NCBI GenBank assembly: GCA_030432795.1
Contig: JAUILW010000001.1
Coordinates: 1 to 51,238, forward strand
Reading direction: 5' to 3'
Origin: Gammaproteobacteria bacterium
GTDB lineage: Bacteria > Pseudomonadota > Gammaproteobacteria > Pseudomonadales > Azotimanducaceae
Length of the DNA: 51,238 nt
In this document: positions 32,356 through 40,429 of the stretch, in pieces
Position numbering within the stretch: the stretch's first letter is position 1
Layout of the letters: every line of letters starts with the position of its first letter
Position numbers and translations under genes: made by a program
The notes under the pieces: model-generated
Database searches by the model: none
Told to the model about the DNA's origin: nothing
Seen by the model: the letters and a program-made list of their open reading frames with translations, nothing else

Positions 32356-32388
32356 ACGGGCCGCCTTATCAGCGGCCCGTTTTTTTTG
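32356..32388 (+). terminator. Strong rho-independent terminator after the capsid gene
   Basis: ACGGGCCGC-cttatca-GCGGCCCGT followed by T8. Confidence 0.9.
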
Positions 32389-32429
32389 GTACCGTGCTGG
32401 CTCCGCTCAACCATCAAGGACGCCACATC

Positions 32430-32864
32430 ATGTCTGTCGAACCTGAATCTTCCCTGTTCGAGTACGTTCATCTGCCCGAGCACCTGGCGGCTGCCTCACG
32501 GCCGTTCGGTGAGCTGGCCTTCCAGCTGTATCGCTCCCTGCCAGCCGGGACCGAGCGCGCCGTCGCTCTGCGTAAGCTGCTGGAGGCGAAGGACGCCGCG
32601 GTTCGCGCGGTGCTGCTGTCGCGGCATTCCAAGGACCCGGCGCCGTCGCTGCAGGACCGGATCGTCGCGTATGTCGCGGAAAATCCGGGAACCTCGACCA
32701 TGGCCATGGCCGAGGAATTGAGCAGCGACCACTACCTTGTCTTTAGCACCGCCCACCGGCTGATGGATGGCGGTCGGCTCCGGTTCTCTGTGGGGGAGCG
32801 CGGCTGCCTTCTGTGGTTTGCTGAGTCCGATGAGGACGTCGCGGCGGAGGCTTCCGATGGCTGA
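32430..32864 (+). CDS. Hypothetical protein: N-terminal helical hairpin plus C-terminal winged-helix-like domain (144 aa)
   Basis: AAGGA RBS. Contains PFGELAFQLYRSLPAGTERAVALRKLLEAKDAAVRAV, followed by IVAYVAENPGTSTMAMAEEL. Confidence 0.6.
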   Translation: MSVEPESSLFEYVHLPEHLAAASRPFGELAFQLYRSLPAGTERAVALRKLLEAKDAAVRAVLLSRHSKDPAPSLQDRIVAYVAENPGTSTMAMAEELSSDHYLVFSTAHRLMDGGRLRFSVGERGCLLWFAESDEDVAAEASDG

Positions 32865-33177
32865 CTTCGCTTCGGTGATGGGCCTGATCGACGCGGCGAT
32901 CGACAACTCGGTGATCTCCGATGACCTGGTGCTGCCCGACCAGACCACTCAGCGCGGCCGGATGATCCGGGACCCGCTCGAACTCGAGACCGCTTTCGGC
33001 GGCCGGATCCAAGCCTCCGAGGTGGTGTTCCGAACGGCGATGACGGATCGCGTTGCTCGGCTTCGCTCTGGCGAGTTCGTGATGCAGGGCGGGCACCGGT
33101 ACCGCTTCGAGCGCCGGGATCCCGACCGCGGCGATTCACTTAACCGTGTCGATCTCGTTTTGCAGGACGCGCCGTAA
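32857..33177 (+). CDS. Putative head-tail joining/adaptor protein (106 aa)
   Basis: Position after the head module. Size and beta-rich composition. Functional assignment is by synteny only. Confidence 0.5.
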   Translation: MADFASVMGLIDAAIDNSVISDDLVLPDQTTQRGRMIRDPLELETAFGGRIQASEVVFRTAMTDRVARLRSGEFVMQGGHRYRFERRDPDRGDSLNRVDLVLQDAP

Positions 33178-33632
33178 TGCCGAACCTTCGACGCGCGGTC
33201 CTGGAGGCGGTGGTTCATCGCCTGAACATCGACCTGGCACCAGATCTGCCGCGTGCCAACGTCCGGCGCTTCGTCCTGGGCGAGCAGCTCGAAACGGGAA
33301 TGATCGGGGTCTGGAAGCACGAGGAGACCTCCGGCCGCATCGGCCGCTCCGCCCACACCGGCAACGCATCCCTGCGCCTGCTCGATGTGGTCACTCAGAT
33401 CGTGCAGCCGTGCGACCCGGAAGAGGCCGAACTCGCAAACGATCCGGCGGAGGACTGGGTGGTTTCTCGGCTTGCGGATTGGCGGCCGGACGTCGCTGGT
33501 GTTCACAAACTCGTGGAAAAGGAGACCGCGTGGGAAACTCTCGCGGGGGGTGCGGTGGTCTTCCGCGTCTCGACTATCGTATGGGTATGCGAATTGCAGA
33601 CCTTGTCTGCCGATCTGACGAAAGCTCAATAG
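33177..33632 (+). CDS. Putative head-tail connector / tail-terminator-class protein (151 aa)
   Basis: TAATG coupling. Assignment is by synteny only. Confidence 0.45.
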   Translation: MPNLRRAVLEAVVHRLNIDLAPDLPRANVRRFVLGEQLETGMIGVWKHEETSGRIGRSAHTGNASLRLLDVVTQIVQPCDPEEAELANDPAEDWVVSRLADWRPDVAGVHKLVEKETAWETLAGGAVVFRVSTIVWVCELQTLSADLTKAQ

Positions 33633-34360
33633 TCCACCTGGTGGGCGCGCACGCCGGCCGGCCTGCCTATGTCCTGGGCGGTGGTCCCTCGCTACCGCAG
33701 GCCTTCGAGGCGTTGTGCGTCGACCCGGACCAGGCGGTGCTGATCTCTGCCAACGAGCACGGCTGCGTGCTGTCGGAAACCACCGGTGCCCGGATGCCGG
33801 ATTACATCGTGTGCGTGGATGAGATCCAGGAGAAGCTCGCGCCGTACCCGGTGCCGGTGGTCGCGCCCAGGACCTGGGCGGATGTGCCGATGTTCGGTAA
33901 GCCGGTGCACCAGTCCGGAATGCTCGGCTGTTTCGTTGCCTGGATCATGGGGTGCGCGCCGATCGTGCCGCTGGGCATGGATTTGTACCGCGGGGGTACG
34001 TACTTCCACGCACCTGGTGCGTTCTCCACCGGCCGCAAGGTGTCGTTTGATGAGCTGCTCCGGCGCTGGGAGCGGTTGCTGGTGGCGATCGGCGGTGATG
34101 ACGTGATTCGGGTCCCGGCCGGCTCACCGCTGGAGACCTGGTTCTCGGTGTTCGACCCGGCCGAACGGGTCCAATCGGCCGCCTCCGCTCCGGACAGGGC
34201 CGCTGCGCTCGAAGTCCCGCGCTTGCGGATGCTGCGTTCCTGGAAGACGAAGCGCGGCGTACAGCTCAAGCCAGGCGATGTGGTGTGCGCATCTCGGCCG
34301 GCCTGCGGTAATTTGATCCGGGCGAAGCTGGCAGAGCTGGTGGATTCCGATGTTCGGTGA
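33581..34360 (+). CDS. MptE-like/DUF115 (Maf-type) putative glycosyltransferase
   Basis: GRPAYVLGGGPSLPQAFE...PDYIVCVD...SGMLGCFVAWIMGCAPIVPLGMDLY fits the DUF115 pattern. The start is uncertain (ATG 33581 or 33587 overlap the previous gene by about 50 nt; GTG 33641 is an alternative). Confidence 0.6.
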   Translation: MGMRIADLVCRSDESSIVHLVGAHAGRPAYVLGGGPSLPQAFEALCVDPDQAVLISANEHGCVLSETTGARMPDYIVCVDEIQEKLAPYPVPVVAPRTWADVPMFGKPVHQSGMLGCFVAWIMGCAPIVPLGMDLYRGGTYFHAPGAFSTGRKVSFDELLRRWERLLVAIGGDDVIRVPAGSPLETWFSVFDPAERVQSAASAPDRAAALEVPRLRMLRSWKTKRGVQLKPGDVVCASRPACGNLIRAKLAELVDSDVR

Positions 34361-34730
34361 GTTCCTGCGCCTGGCGCGTACTCGAGCAGGGCTCCAACGC
34401 GATCAACTCGCTCGGCTGCTGCGTTGTCCGGCCGGCGAGGCGAGCCACATCGAACTCGTGGAGCTGGGCCGGCTGGCACCGAGTTCGGAGTTCGCGGCCG
34501 AAACCTTCCGGGTCCTGCAGGCCTCGATCGTCTGCGGCCGTGCGCATTGGATGTCCGTCGCGGCGCTGACCGCGGATCTGAAACGCGATGGCGTCGAGCT
34601 GATGCGTTCGGAGGACCGGGATCTGCTGGAGCGGATCCACCGGGTGTTCCTGCAACCCAATTCTCCGCGTGCCGAGGTGCTGCGTACTCAGCTGCGGGCG
34701 ATCGCCGAAGTGGCCGGCGTGCTCGGGTGA
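34350..34730 (+). CDS. XRE-type helix-turn-helix protein (126 aa)
   Basis: FGEFLRLARTRAGLQRDQLARLL...IELVELG is an HTH_XRE-like N-terminus. Confidence 0.6.
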   Translation: MFGEFLRLARTRAGLQRDQLARLLRCPAGEASHIELVELGRLAPSSEFAAETFRVLQASIVCGRAHWMSVAALTADLKRDGVELMRSEDRDLLERIHRVFLQPNSPRAEVLRTQLRAIAEVAGVLG

Positions 34731-35581
34731 AGCATGCGTATGTGACCATCCCCGAGGGCCCGCACTACCGCCGGGATGCGTTCGCCGCGGGTCTGGAGGC
34801 AAACGGCTTCTCCGTGTCGTTTGGCAACGTCGGCGACCGCCAGGGCCGCGTTGGGGGCGGCGATCTGCTGGTGACCTGGAACATGCACCGTCGCCAGGAG
34901 ACGCTTGCAGCTACCTACCAGGCGGCCGGCGCTCGGGTCATCTGCTGCGAGAACGGCTACATCGGTGCGGATTCGGAAGGGCACCCGCTCTATGCCATGG
35001 CGCTCGACTCCCACAACGGCAGCGGTCGGTGGCCGGCTCCGCTGGAGATGCCGCGGTGGCCTGCGCTCGGCATTGTCGACGCCGGCGCTGTGGATCCGGA
35101 CCGCGAGGGCTACGTCCTGGTCGCTGCGCAGCGGGGCATCGGCTCCACCACCATGCGGTCGCCGGCCAACTGGCTGCCACGAGCCAAGCAGGCGGCGCGT
35201 GCGCTGTTTCCTGGCGTGGAGCTGCGCGTCCGCCTGCACCCAGGGCGTGCGCGGCCTGAGCGGTCCCTGGAGGCCGATCTGGCCGATGCTCGGGCGGTGC
35301 TTATCTGGTCATCGGCAGTCGGGGTGCGGGCGCTGGTGAGCGGCGTGCCGGTCGTTTACGATGCTCCGCGTTGGATCGGAGAAGCAGCAGCTTGCAAGCT
35401 GGACACCACATCACCGCGGGTCACCTATCCCGATGGCCGTGCCTATCGCCGCGCGCTCGAACAGATCGCCTGGGCGCAGTGGTCGCTTTCCGAAATCGCC
35501 CAGGGTCTGCCGTTCGCTTACCTGCTCAGCCATGACCGCGCGACCCGACTACGTCGCCGTCCTGAACCCGCGCAAGCGTAA
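34727..35581 (+). CDS. Putative glycosyltransferase, capsule-synthesis (KpsC/KpsS)-like, paralog 1
   Basis: GYVLVAAQRG...ELRVRLHPGR...VLIWSSAVGVRALVSGVPVV resembles the Capsule_synth Q...HP motif layout. GTGA-coupled start. Confidence 0.5.
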   Translation: MKHAYVTIPEGPHYRRDAFAAGLEANGFSVSFGNVGDRQGRVGGGDLLVTWNMHRRQETLAATYQAAGARVICCENGYIGADSEGHPLYAMALDSHNGSGRWPAPLEMPRWPALGIVDAGAVDPDREGYVLVAAQRGIGSTTMRSPANWLPRAKQAARALFPGVELRVRLHPGRARPERSLEADLADARAVLIWSSAVGVRALVSGVPVVYDAPRWIGEAAACKLDTTSPRVTYPDGRAYRRALEQIAWAQWSLSEIAQGLPFAYLLSHDRATRLRRRPEPAQA

Positions 35582-36422
35582 AGCGCGGCGAGTCCTGCAT
35601 GCCTGGGTCCGCGGTACCGGGGCTCGAACCGTCACCGCTTCAGATCTGGCGAAGCTCGAAGTTCGGAAAATCTCACCGGTTTTCTATGGCGTCGATGAGG
35701 TGACGCTGCCGGCGTTTGCCCTGGCCGAGCGGGCTCGTCGGTATGTCTACATCGACAACGGCTATCTCCGCTCGAAGTACCACCAGGGGCCTGGGCCGGT
35801 GATGTTCCGCGTGACCTGGGCAGCTCGGCAGGTGGATGGCCTGGGTACCAGCGATGGGTCCCGGTTCGCCAAGCTCGGCATCGAGCTGCAGCCGTGGCGG
35901 CGGCGCGGCGATCACATCGTGGTCGCGGTGCAGTCGGACTGGTGGTACCAACGGCGAGGCCTGCAGCGTGCGTCCTGGGTGGCCGAGGTGCTGGCGGGGC
36001 TTTCCCAGGTCACGGACCGGCCGGTGGTGGTGCGGGAGAAGCCGACCCGGTACCGGCCGGCTCCGCCGATCGCGGATGTGCTCAGGGATGCCTGGTGCAC
36101 CGTGTCGCTCGACTCAAACGTGGCGATCGATGGATTGATTGCCGGGATCCCGGCCGTGGTTCTCGGTCCGTGTGCCGCTGCGGCCGTGTCAGGTACCGCT
36201 TTACACCAGGTGGTGGATCCGCCGATGCCTGCCGACCGGCTGCGCTGGTGCCATGTGCTGGCGGACAATCAATGGTCACTCGGCGAGATCGCTGCCGGCA
36301 TGGCCGCCTCCGCGATCGAACGCGGCAACCAATCAGGAGCCAATCATGAAAAACGACGTACCCGAACGCGGGAAGGTCTACGGGGACGCGACCTGCGAGA
36401 CCTGTCTGCACCGTCGGCGTGA
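35532..36422 (+). CDS. Putative glycosyltransferase, paralog 2 of 34727..35581
   Basis: HIVVAVQSD...VVVREKPTR...SLDSNVAIDGLIAGIPAVV. It shares the C-terminal QWSL.EIA.G motif with paralog 1. Confidence 0.5.
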   Translation: MTARPDYVAVLNPRKRKARRVLHAWVRGTGARTVTASDLAKLEVRKISPVFYGVDEVTLPAFALAERARRYVYIDNGYLRSKYHQGPGPVMFRVTWAARQVDGLGTSDGSRFAKLGIELQPWRRRGDHIVVAVQSDWWYQRRGLQRASWVAEVLAGLSQVTDRPVVVREKPTRYRPAPPIADVLRDAWCTVSLDSNVAIDGLIAGIPAVVLGPCAAAAVSGTALHQVVDPPMPADRLRWCHVLADNQWSLGEIAAGMAASAIERGNQSGANHEKRRTRTREGLRGRDLRDLSAPSA

Positions 36423-36630
36423 TCTTTGCACCGCGGCACCGCCGCTCCCAGGGCCTGGGGGCGGCGTAGGGAGCTTTCCGTATGTGGCGCCCGGCATGGT
36501 CTGCGCGCTGCACCCGGCCGTGCGTGCGCGCCTGGAGGCGCCCGCCAAGCCATCACCTGGACCGCGGGCTAAGGCGCAGGCAAAGGCAAAGGCGAAAGCG
36601 AAGGCGCCGGCGAACAAGGCGGGCGGTTAA
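36346..36630 (+). CDS. Small Cys/His protein with (K-A)n basic tail (94 aa)
   Basis: Strong AGGAG RBS. Contains C-x2-C...C...C-x2-H. C-terminus PRAKAQAKAKAKAKAPANKAGG. Confidence 0.6.
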   Translation: MKNDVPERGKVYGDATCETCLHRRRDLCTAAPPLPGPGGGVGSFPYVAPGMVCALHPAVRARLEAPAKPSPGPRAKAQAKAKAKAKAPANKAGG

Positions 36631-37415
36631 TGGGCCTGGGCGATGAGCTGATGGCGGCCGGTGCCGCCGAGCTGACTGGTCGCAAGCATTCGGCCCGCGT
36701 CAAGATCCTCGATCGTCACGGCCGCGGCCGCTGGCACGAGCTGTGGTTCGGCTCGAAGCACATTCTCGGTCCTGACCAAAACGAACCGGGCATGATCACC
36801 ATGGTCGACGGTCCGGGGGTGCGTCCGTATATCGAGGCGATCACTCCGGACCACTTCGTCTGGCGGCCTTATCACCCGATCCGGTACCAGCTGCCGCTGG
36901 TGCGCGTCGACATGGCCGCTGATGGGCTGAACAAACACGGCGTCGAGCTGCCGGCGCGCTACGTCCTGGTTGAGCCGAACATCAAACCGCGGGCTTCGCC
37001 GAACAAGCAGTGGCCGACCGATCGCTGGTTCGAGTTTTCCCGGCTCTGCCGCGATGCCGGCATCCATCTGGTGCAGGCAATTCCCCGCGTCGACTCGAAA
37101 CGCTACCCGCGCCTGGCCGGCGTCGAGGCGGTGCTCACGCCCACCGTGTGGGAGGCGCTGGCGTTGCTGGACGGGGCGATCGCGTATGTGGGTCACGAGG
37201 GCTTTTTTCACCACGCCTCCGCCGCGCTTTTGAAACGCGCGGTGGTGATCTACGGAGGCTTCATCTCGCCGGATATCACCGGCTATGTCGATCAACGAAA
37301 CCTGTTCACTGGCGGCTCTCCCTGCGGGAGCCGTAAACCCTGCGAGCATTGCCGGCTGGCCATGGAGGCCATCACTCCGGCCGACGTGCTCGCGCAACTC
37401 GAGGAGATCATCTGA
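36630..37415 (+). CDS. Glycosyltransferase family 9 (heptosyltransferase-like)
   Basis: MGLGDELMA...YVLVEPNIKPRASPNKQWPTDRWFEFSRL...AYVGHEGFFHHASAALLKRAVVIYGG matches the GT9 pattern. Confidence 0.7.
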   Translation: MGLGDELMAAGAAELTGRKHSARVKILDRHGRGRWHELWFGSKHILGPDQNEPGMITMVDGPGVRPYIEAITPDHFVWRPYHPIRYQLPLVRVDMAADGLNKHGVELPARYVLVEPNIKPRASPNKQWPTDRWFEFSRLCRDAGIHLVQAIPRVDSKRYPRLAGVEAVLTPTVWEALALLDGAIAYVGHEGFFHHASAALLKRAVVIYGGFISPDITGYVDQRNLFTGGSPCGSRKPCEHCRLAMEAITPADVLAQLEEII

Positions 37416-38197
37416 TGTTCGAATGGCATGGTTTGTTTCTACCCGCGGGCGAAAAGCACCTGGTGGATTGGATGCGCAAGAAGCGACAACGGCTCGCGGA
37501 TGGCCGACCGACCTACCAGCAGACGAAATATGCGGCCGCCCTGAATCACCTACCGGCACACGCGAGGGGCCTGGCGCTCGATGTCGGCGCGCATGCCGGG
37601 CTCTGGTCGATGCAGATGATGCAGGACTTCGACTTCGTCGCGGCCGTCGAGCCGGTGGTCGAACACGCCGCGTGCTGGCTGCGCAACGTCGGCGGAATCT
37701 CAGACGAGGTGACCGCCTACCAGTCATGCGAGCATAGCGCCGCGACGGCCGTCGGCTTGAACGCGAATGCACGCTGCCGCCTGTTCCGGGTAGCCGTCGG
37801 GGCTGCACCGCGCGATCGTGTCGAACTCATCACCGCTCCGAGCTCCTCCGGGGACACGTTCATCCGGCCGGAGGGCGCTGTGGCAACTCCGGGGCTGGTG
37901 CATGCCGAAACCGTGCGGATGTTCACCGTCGATGAACTGGCGCTACCGGAAGGTGTACCGGTGAACTTGTTTAAGATCGATTGCGAGGGCTACGAGATCG
38001 AGGTCCTGCGTGGTGCGCGTGGGTTGATCAGTCGTGACCGGCCGGTGATCGTCGTGGAGCAAAAGCCGGGCAAGGGTAGGCAGTTTGGCTTCTCCGACAC
38101 GGATGCGGTCGAGTATCTGAAGTCGACCCATGGCTACGAGGTGGCGCGTGAAATTTCGGGCGATTTCATCATGTGGCACCAGTGGTCGCAGCCGTGA
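37415..38197 (+). CDS. FkbM-family SAM-dependent methyltransferase
   Basis: LDVGAHAGLWSMQM and LFKIDCEGYEIEVLRGA are hallmark FkbM motifs. Confidence 0.8.
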   Translation: MFEWHGLFLPAGEKHLVDWMRKKRQRLADGRPTYQQTKYAAALNHLPAHARGLALDVGAHAGLWSMQMMQDFDFVAAVEPVVEHAACWLRNVGGISDEVTAYQSCEHSAATAVGLNANARCRLFRVAVGAAPRDRVELITAPSSSGDTFIRPEGAVATPGLVHAETVRMFTVDELALPEGVPVNLFKIDCEGYEIEVLRGARGLISRDRPVIVVEQKPGKGRQFGFSDTDAVEYLKSTHGYEVAREISGDFIMWHQWSQP

Positions 38198-38889
38198 TCC
38201 GGTGGTTCATCGGGTACGACCGCCGTGAACCGGTCGCCTATCATGTGCTCGCGCATAGCCTTCTGGAGCTGAGCTCCGAGCCAATCGCCATCATCCCGGT
38301 GGCGGTGGACCACTTCCGCGCCTTCTTCAATCGGCCGCCGAGTCCCTGGTCATCGACCGAGTTCTCGTTCTCTCGTTTCCTGGTGCCTCACCTGGCCGGT
38401 GGTGAGGGTTGGGCGGTGTTCTCCGATTGCGACATGCTGTGCCTCGAAGATCCTGCGCGGCTGTGGGCGCTGCGCGATGAGGCGCTTGATCTGCTGGTGG
38501 TGAAGCATGACCACCAGCCAACCGAGAACACTAAGTTCCTCGGCCAACCGCAGACCGCCTACCCGCGTAAAAACTGGAGTTCCGTGATGTTGATCAACTG
38601 CGCGCGGATGGCTCCGCTCTGGTCGCCGGCCTATGTGGAGAACGCGTCCGGTCTGGAGCTGCACCGATTCGTCGGTGTGCCTGACGACCGGATCGGTGAT
38701 CTGCCGGCCGGCTGGAATCACCTGGTGGACGTGAATCCTCCGAACCCGAACGCGGACCTGGTGCATTGGACGCTCGGGGGCCCGTACTTCCGTGGTTTCG
38801 AGCGCGTCGAATTCGCGGAGCAATGGTGGCAGACTTACCGCCGTATGACCGACGCCGCTGATCCCGCGGTGCCGCCATCTAACATCTAG
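38194..38889 (+). CDS. GT-A fold glycosyltransferase (GT8-like)
   Basis: IRWFIGYD...STEFSFSRFLVPHLAGGEGWAVFSDCDMLCLEDPARLW...YPRKNWSSVMLINC...LHRF...WNHLV. The start is set at the GTGA overlap (GTG 38173 is possible). Confidence 0.65.
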   Translation: MIRWFIGYDRREPVAYHVLAHSLLELSSEPIAIIPVAVDHFRAFFNRPPSPWSSTEFSFSRFLVPHLAGGEGWAVFSDCDMLCLEDPARLWALRDEALDLLVVKHDHQPTENTKFLGQPQTAYPRKNWSSVMLINCARMAPLWSPAYVENASGLELHRFVGVPDDRIGDLPAGWNHLVDVNPPNPNADLVHWTLGGPYFRGFERVEFAEQWWQTYRRMTDAADPAVPPSNI

Positions 38890-38907
38890 CGACGAGCCGG
38901 AGGGCAC

Positions 38908-39693
38908 ATGTATCCAGCAATTGCGACCAACCTGAAGCGCGGGAAAGGCGGCATGTACATTGCAGCCTGGGATGGCGCGACTCCGCCTGCCGAGAACGAT
39001 ATGGGCGTGAAAGTGGGGAACTGCGAAAGCATCACCTACGGGCCCGAGGACGTGCAAACGTCGGAGAAGTACTCGAGCACGCAAAACAACACGCCGCTCC
39101 TGCTCAAGCAGACCGATCGCGCGGGCTGGCGCCTGGTGGCTCAAACCGACGAGCACCTGAAGGACAACCTGCTCTTGTTCTTCGGGGCAACGGATACCGA
39201 GCTGACGCAAAGCGCGGTGAACCAGCAGGTGGTGACGCTTTCCGATGTGATCGTCGGCCGCAGCTACCTGACCGGCTTTTATGGGCTCAGCCAAGTCGAG
39301 GTGTACAAGGGCTCGACCGTCCTGACCGCGAACACCGATTACAAGCTCTACGCCGATCGCGGGGTGATCGAAATTCTGAGCGGCGGTGCGGTGGTCGACG
39401 GCGATGATCTGGATGTCGATTTCGATGTGTCTGCCAAGACCTACAACCGGCTGGCGGTGGGGCAGCTCATCAACCGAAACGTGAAGGTCACCTATATCGC
39501 CGACGACCAGAATACCGACGGCGTTGGCGCCAAGGACATCATCGTCATTCCGAAAATGGCCGTTGCGCTGGAGGGCGAGTATGGCCTGGTGTCTGACGAC
39601 TTCGCCGCCATGACGCTCGCGTTCTCCGCGCTCGATGATTCGGATAACTATCCAGGTCGCGGCCTGGGCTGGCTGATCCGCGGCGCGGTCTGA
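38908..39693 (+). CDS. Major tail (tube) protein
   Basis: GGAGGG RBS. The 261-aa ORF lies directly upstream of the G/GT chaperone pair and the tape measure gene. Confidence 0.7.
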   Translation: MYPAIATNLKRGKGGMYIAAWDGATPPAENDMGVKVGNCESITYGPEDVQTSEKYSSTQNNTPLLLKQTDRAGWRLVAQTDEHLKDNLLLFFGATDTELTQSAVNQQVVTLSDVIVGRSYLTGFYGLSQVEVYKGSTVLTANTDYKLYADRGVIEILSGGAVVDGDDLDVDFDVSAKTYNRLAVGQLINRNVKVTYIADDQNTDGVGAKDIIVIPKMAVALEGEYGLVSDDFAAMTLAFSALDDSDNYPGRGLGWLIRGAV

Positions 39694-39695
39694 TC

Positions 39696-40271
39696 GTGAG
39701 CGTCTCGCAGGTCTTCAACGGGCGCGAGTTTGTTGTGATGAACATGCGCGCTCGTACCTTCGTTTGTGACAACGCTCAGGTGGCGATGCTCCAGGAGCTG
39801 GGCCTCGATGCGATGTCGAACGCGCCGGACCCGGATGAAGATCCCGAGGTGTACATCTCGCGCCTCACGGCGAAGGTGATCGGTACTCGGCAGGTGCATC
39901 GGATCGTTGCGCATTACCTGCTGCCGCTCGGCAAAACCGAGACCGATTGGACGCCCGAGCTGGCCGCGGAAATTGCCGAGCACCTGGCCGGCGTTCAGGA
40001 GGAATCCGAACGCGCGGCCTTGTTCGAATTGGCCGCGGAGCTGACCTTCGGTTTTTTTCAGAGAGGGGTGCTTTGGCTGGAGACTTCCCGGAAGTCTTTG
40101 GACGACCTAGCGGTCGCAATGAGCGCTCTGGACGATCTCTCAAACCGGGGAACCGCGGCACACTCGAGCAGCTCGTCGGCGAGGCCTGGGCGCCGTATGT
40201 TCGGCGAATCGCTCGTGACGACTATCGCCGGGCTTTGGAGGTCGCTCACTCGCCGATCCGCGAGGGCCTGA
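39696..40271 (+). CDS. Tail assembly chaperone (gpG-like, zero-frame product)
   Basis: Position between the tube and tape measure genes. It contains a slippery heptamer with an overlapping -1 frame ORF. Confidence 0.7.
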   Translation: MSVSQVFNGREFVVMNMRARTFVCDNAQVAMLQELGLDAMSNAPDPDEDPEVYISRLTAKVIGTRQVHRIVAHYLLPLGKTETDWTPELAAEIAEHLAGVQEESERAALFELAAELTFGFFQRGVLWLETSRKSLDDLAVAMSALDDLSNRGTAAHSSSSSARPGRRMFGESLVTTIAGLWRSLTRRSARA

Positions 40272-40423
40272 TCGCCTTCGTTCGTATCTGCCGTGATGAT
40301 GCCCTGCAGGTGTGGTCGCATGAGCTGCTCCGCTTCGATGTGAAGTGGCCGCACCTGAAGCGCCCGGAAAGCGCCAAGCCTAAGAAGCCTGATATTCTCA
40401 AACTCGTAGAACTCTGGGAGTAA
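39696..40423 (+). CDS. Tail assembly chaperone -1 frameshift fusion (gpGT-like)
   Basis: The -1 frame stays open from the slip site to 40423, 6 nt before the tape measure start. The predicted junction is ...AAELTFGFF/SERGALAGDF... Confidence 0.6.
40052..40058 (+). promoter_or_regulatory. Programmed -1 ribosomal frameshift slippery heptamer T_TTT_TTT
   Basis: Zero-frame codons are ggT TTT TTT cag. A possible hairpin AGACTTC-ccg-GAAGTCT lies at 40081-40097. Confidence 0.6.
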
Positions 40424-40429
40424 CCCGGC

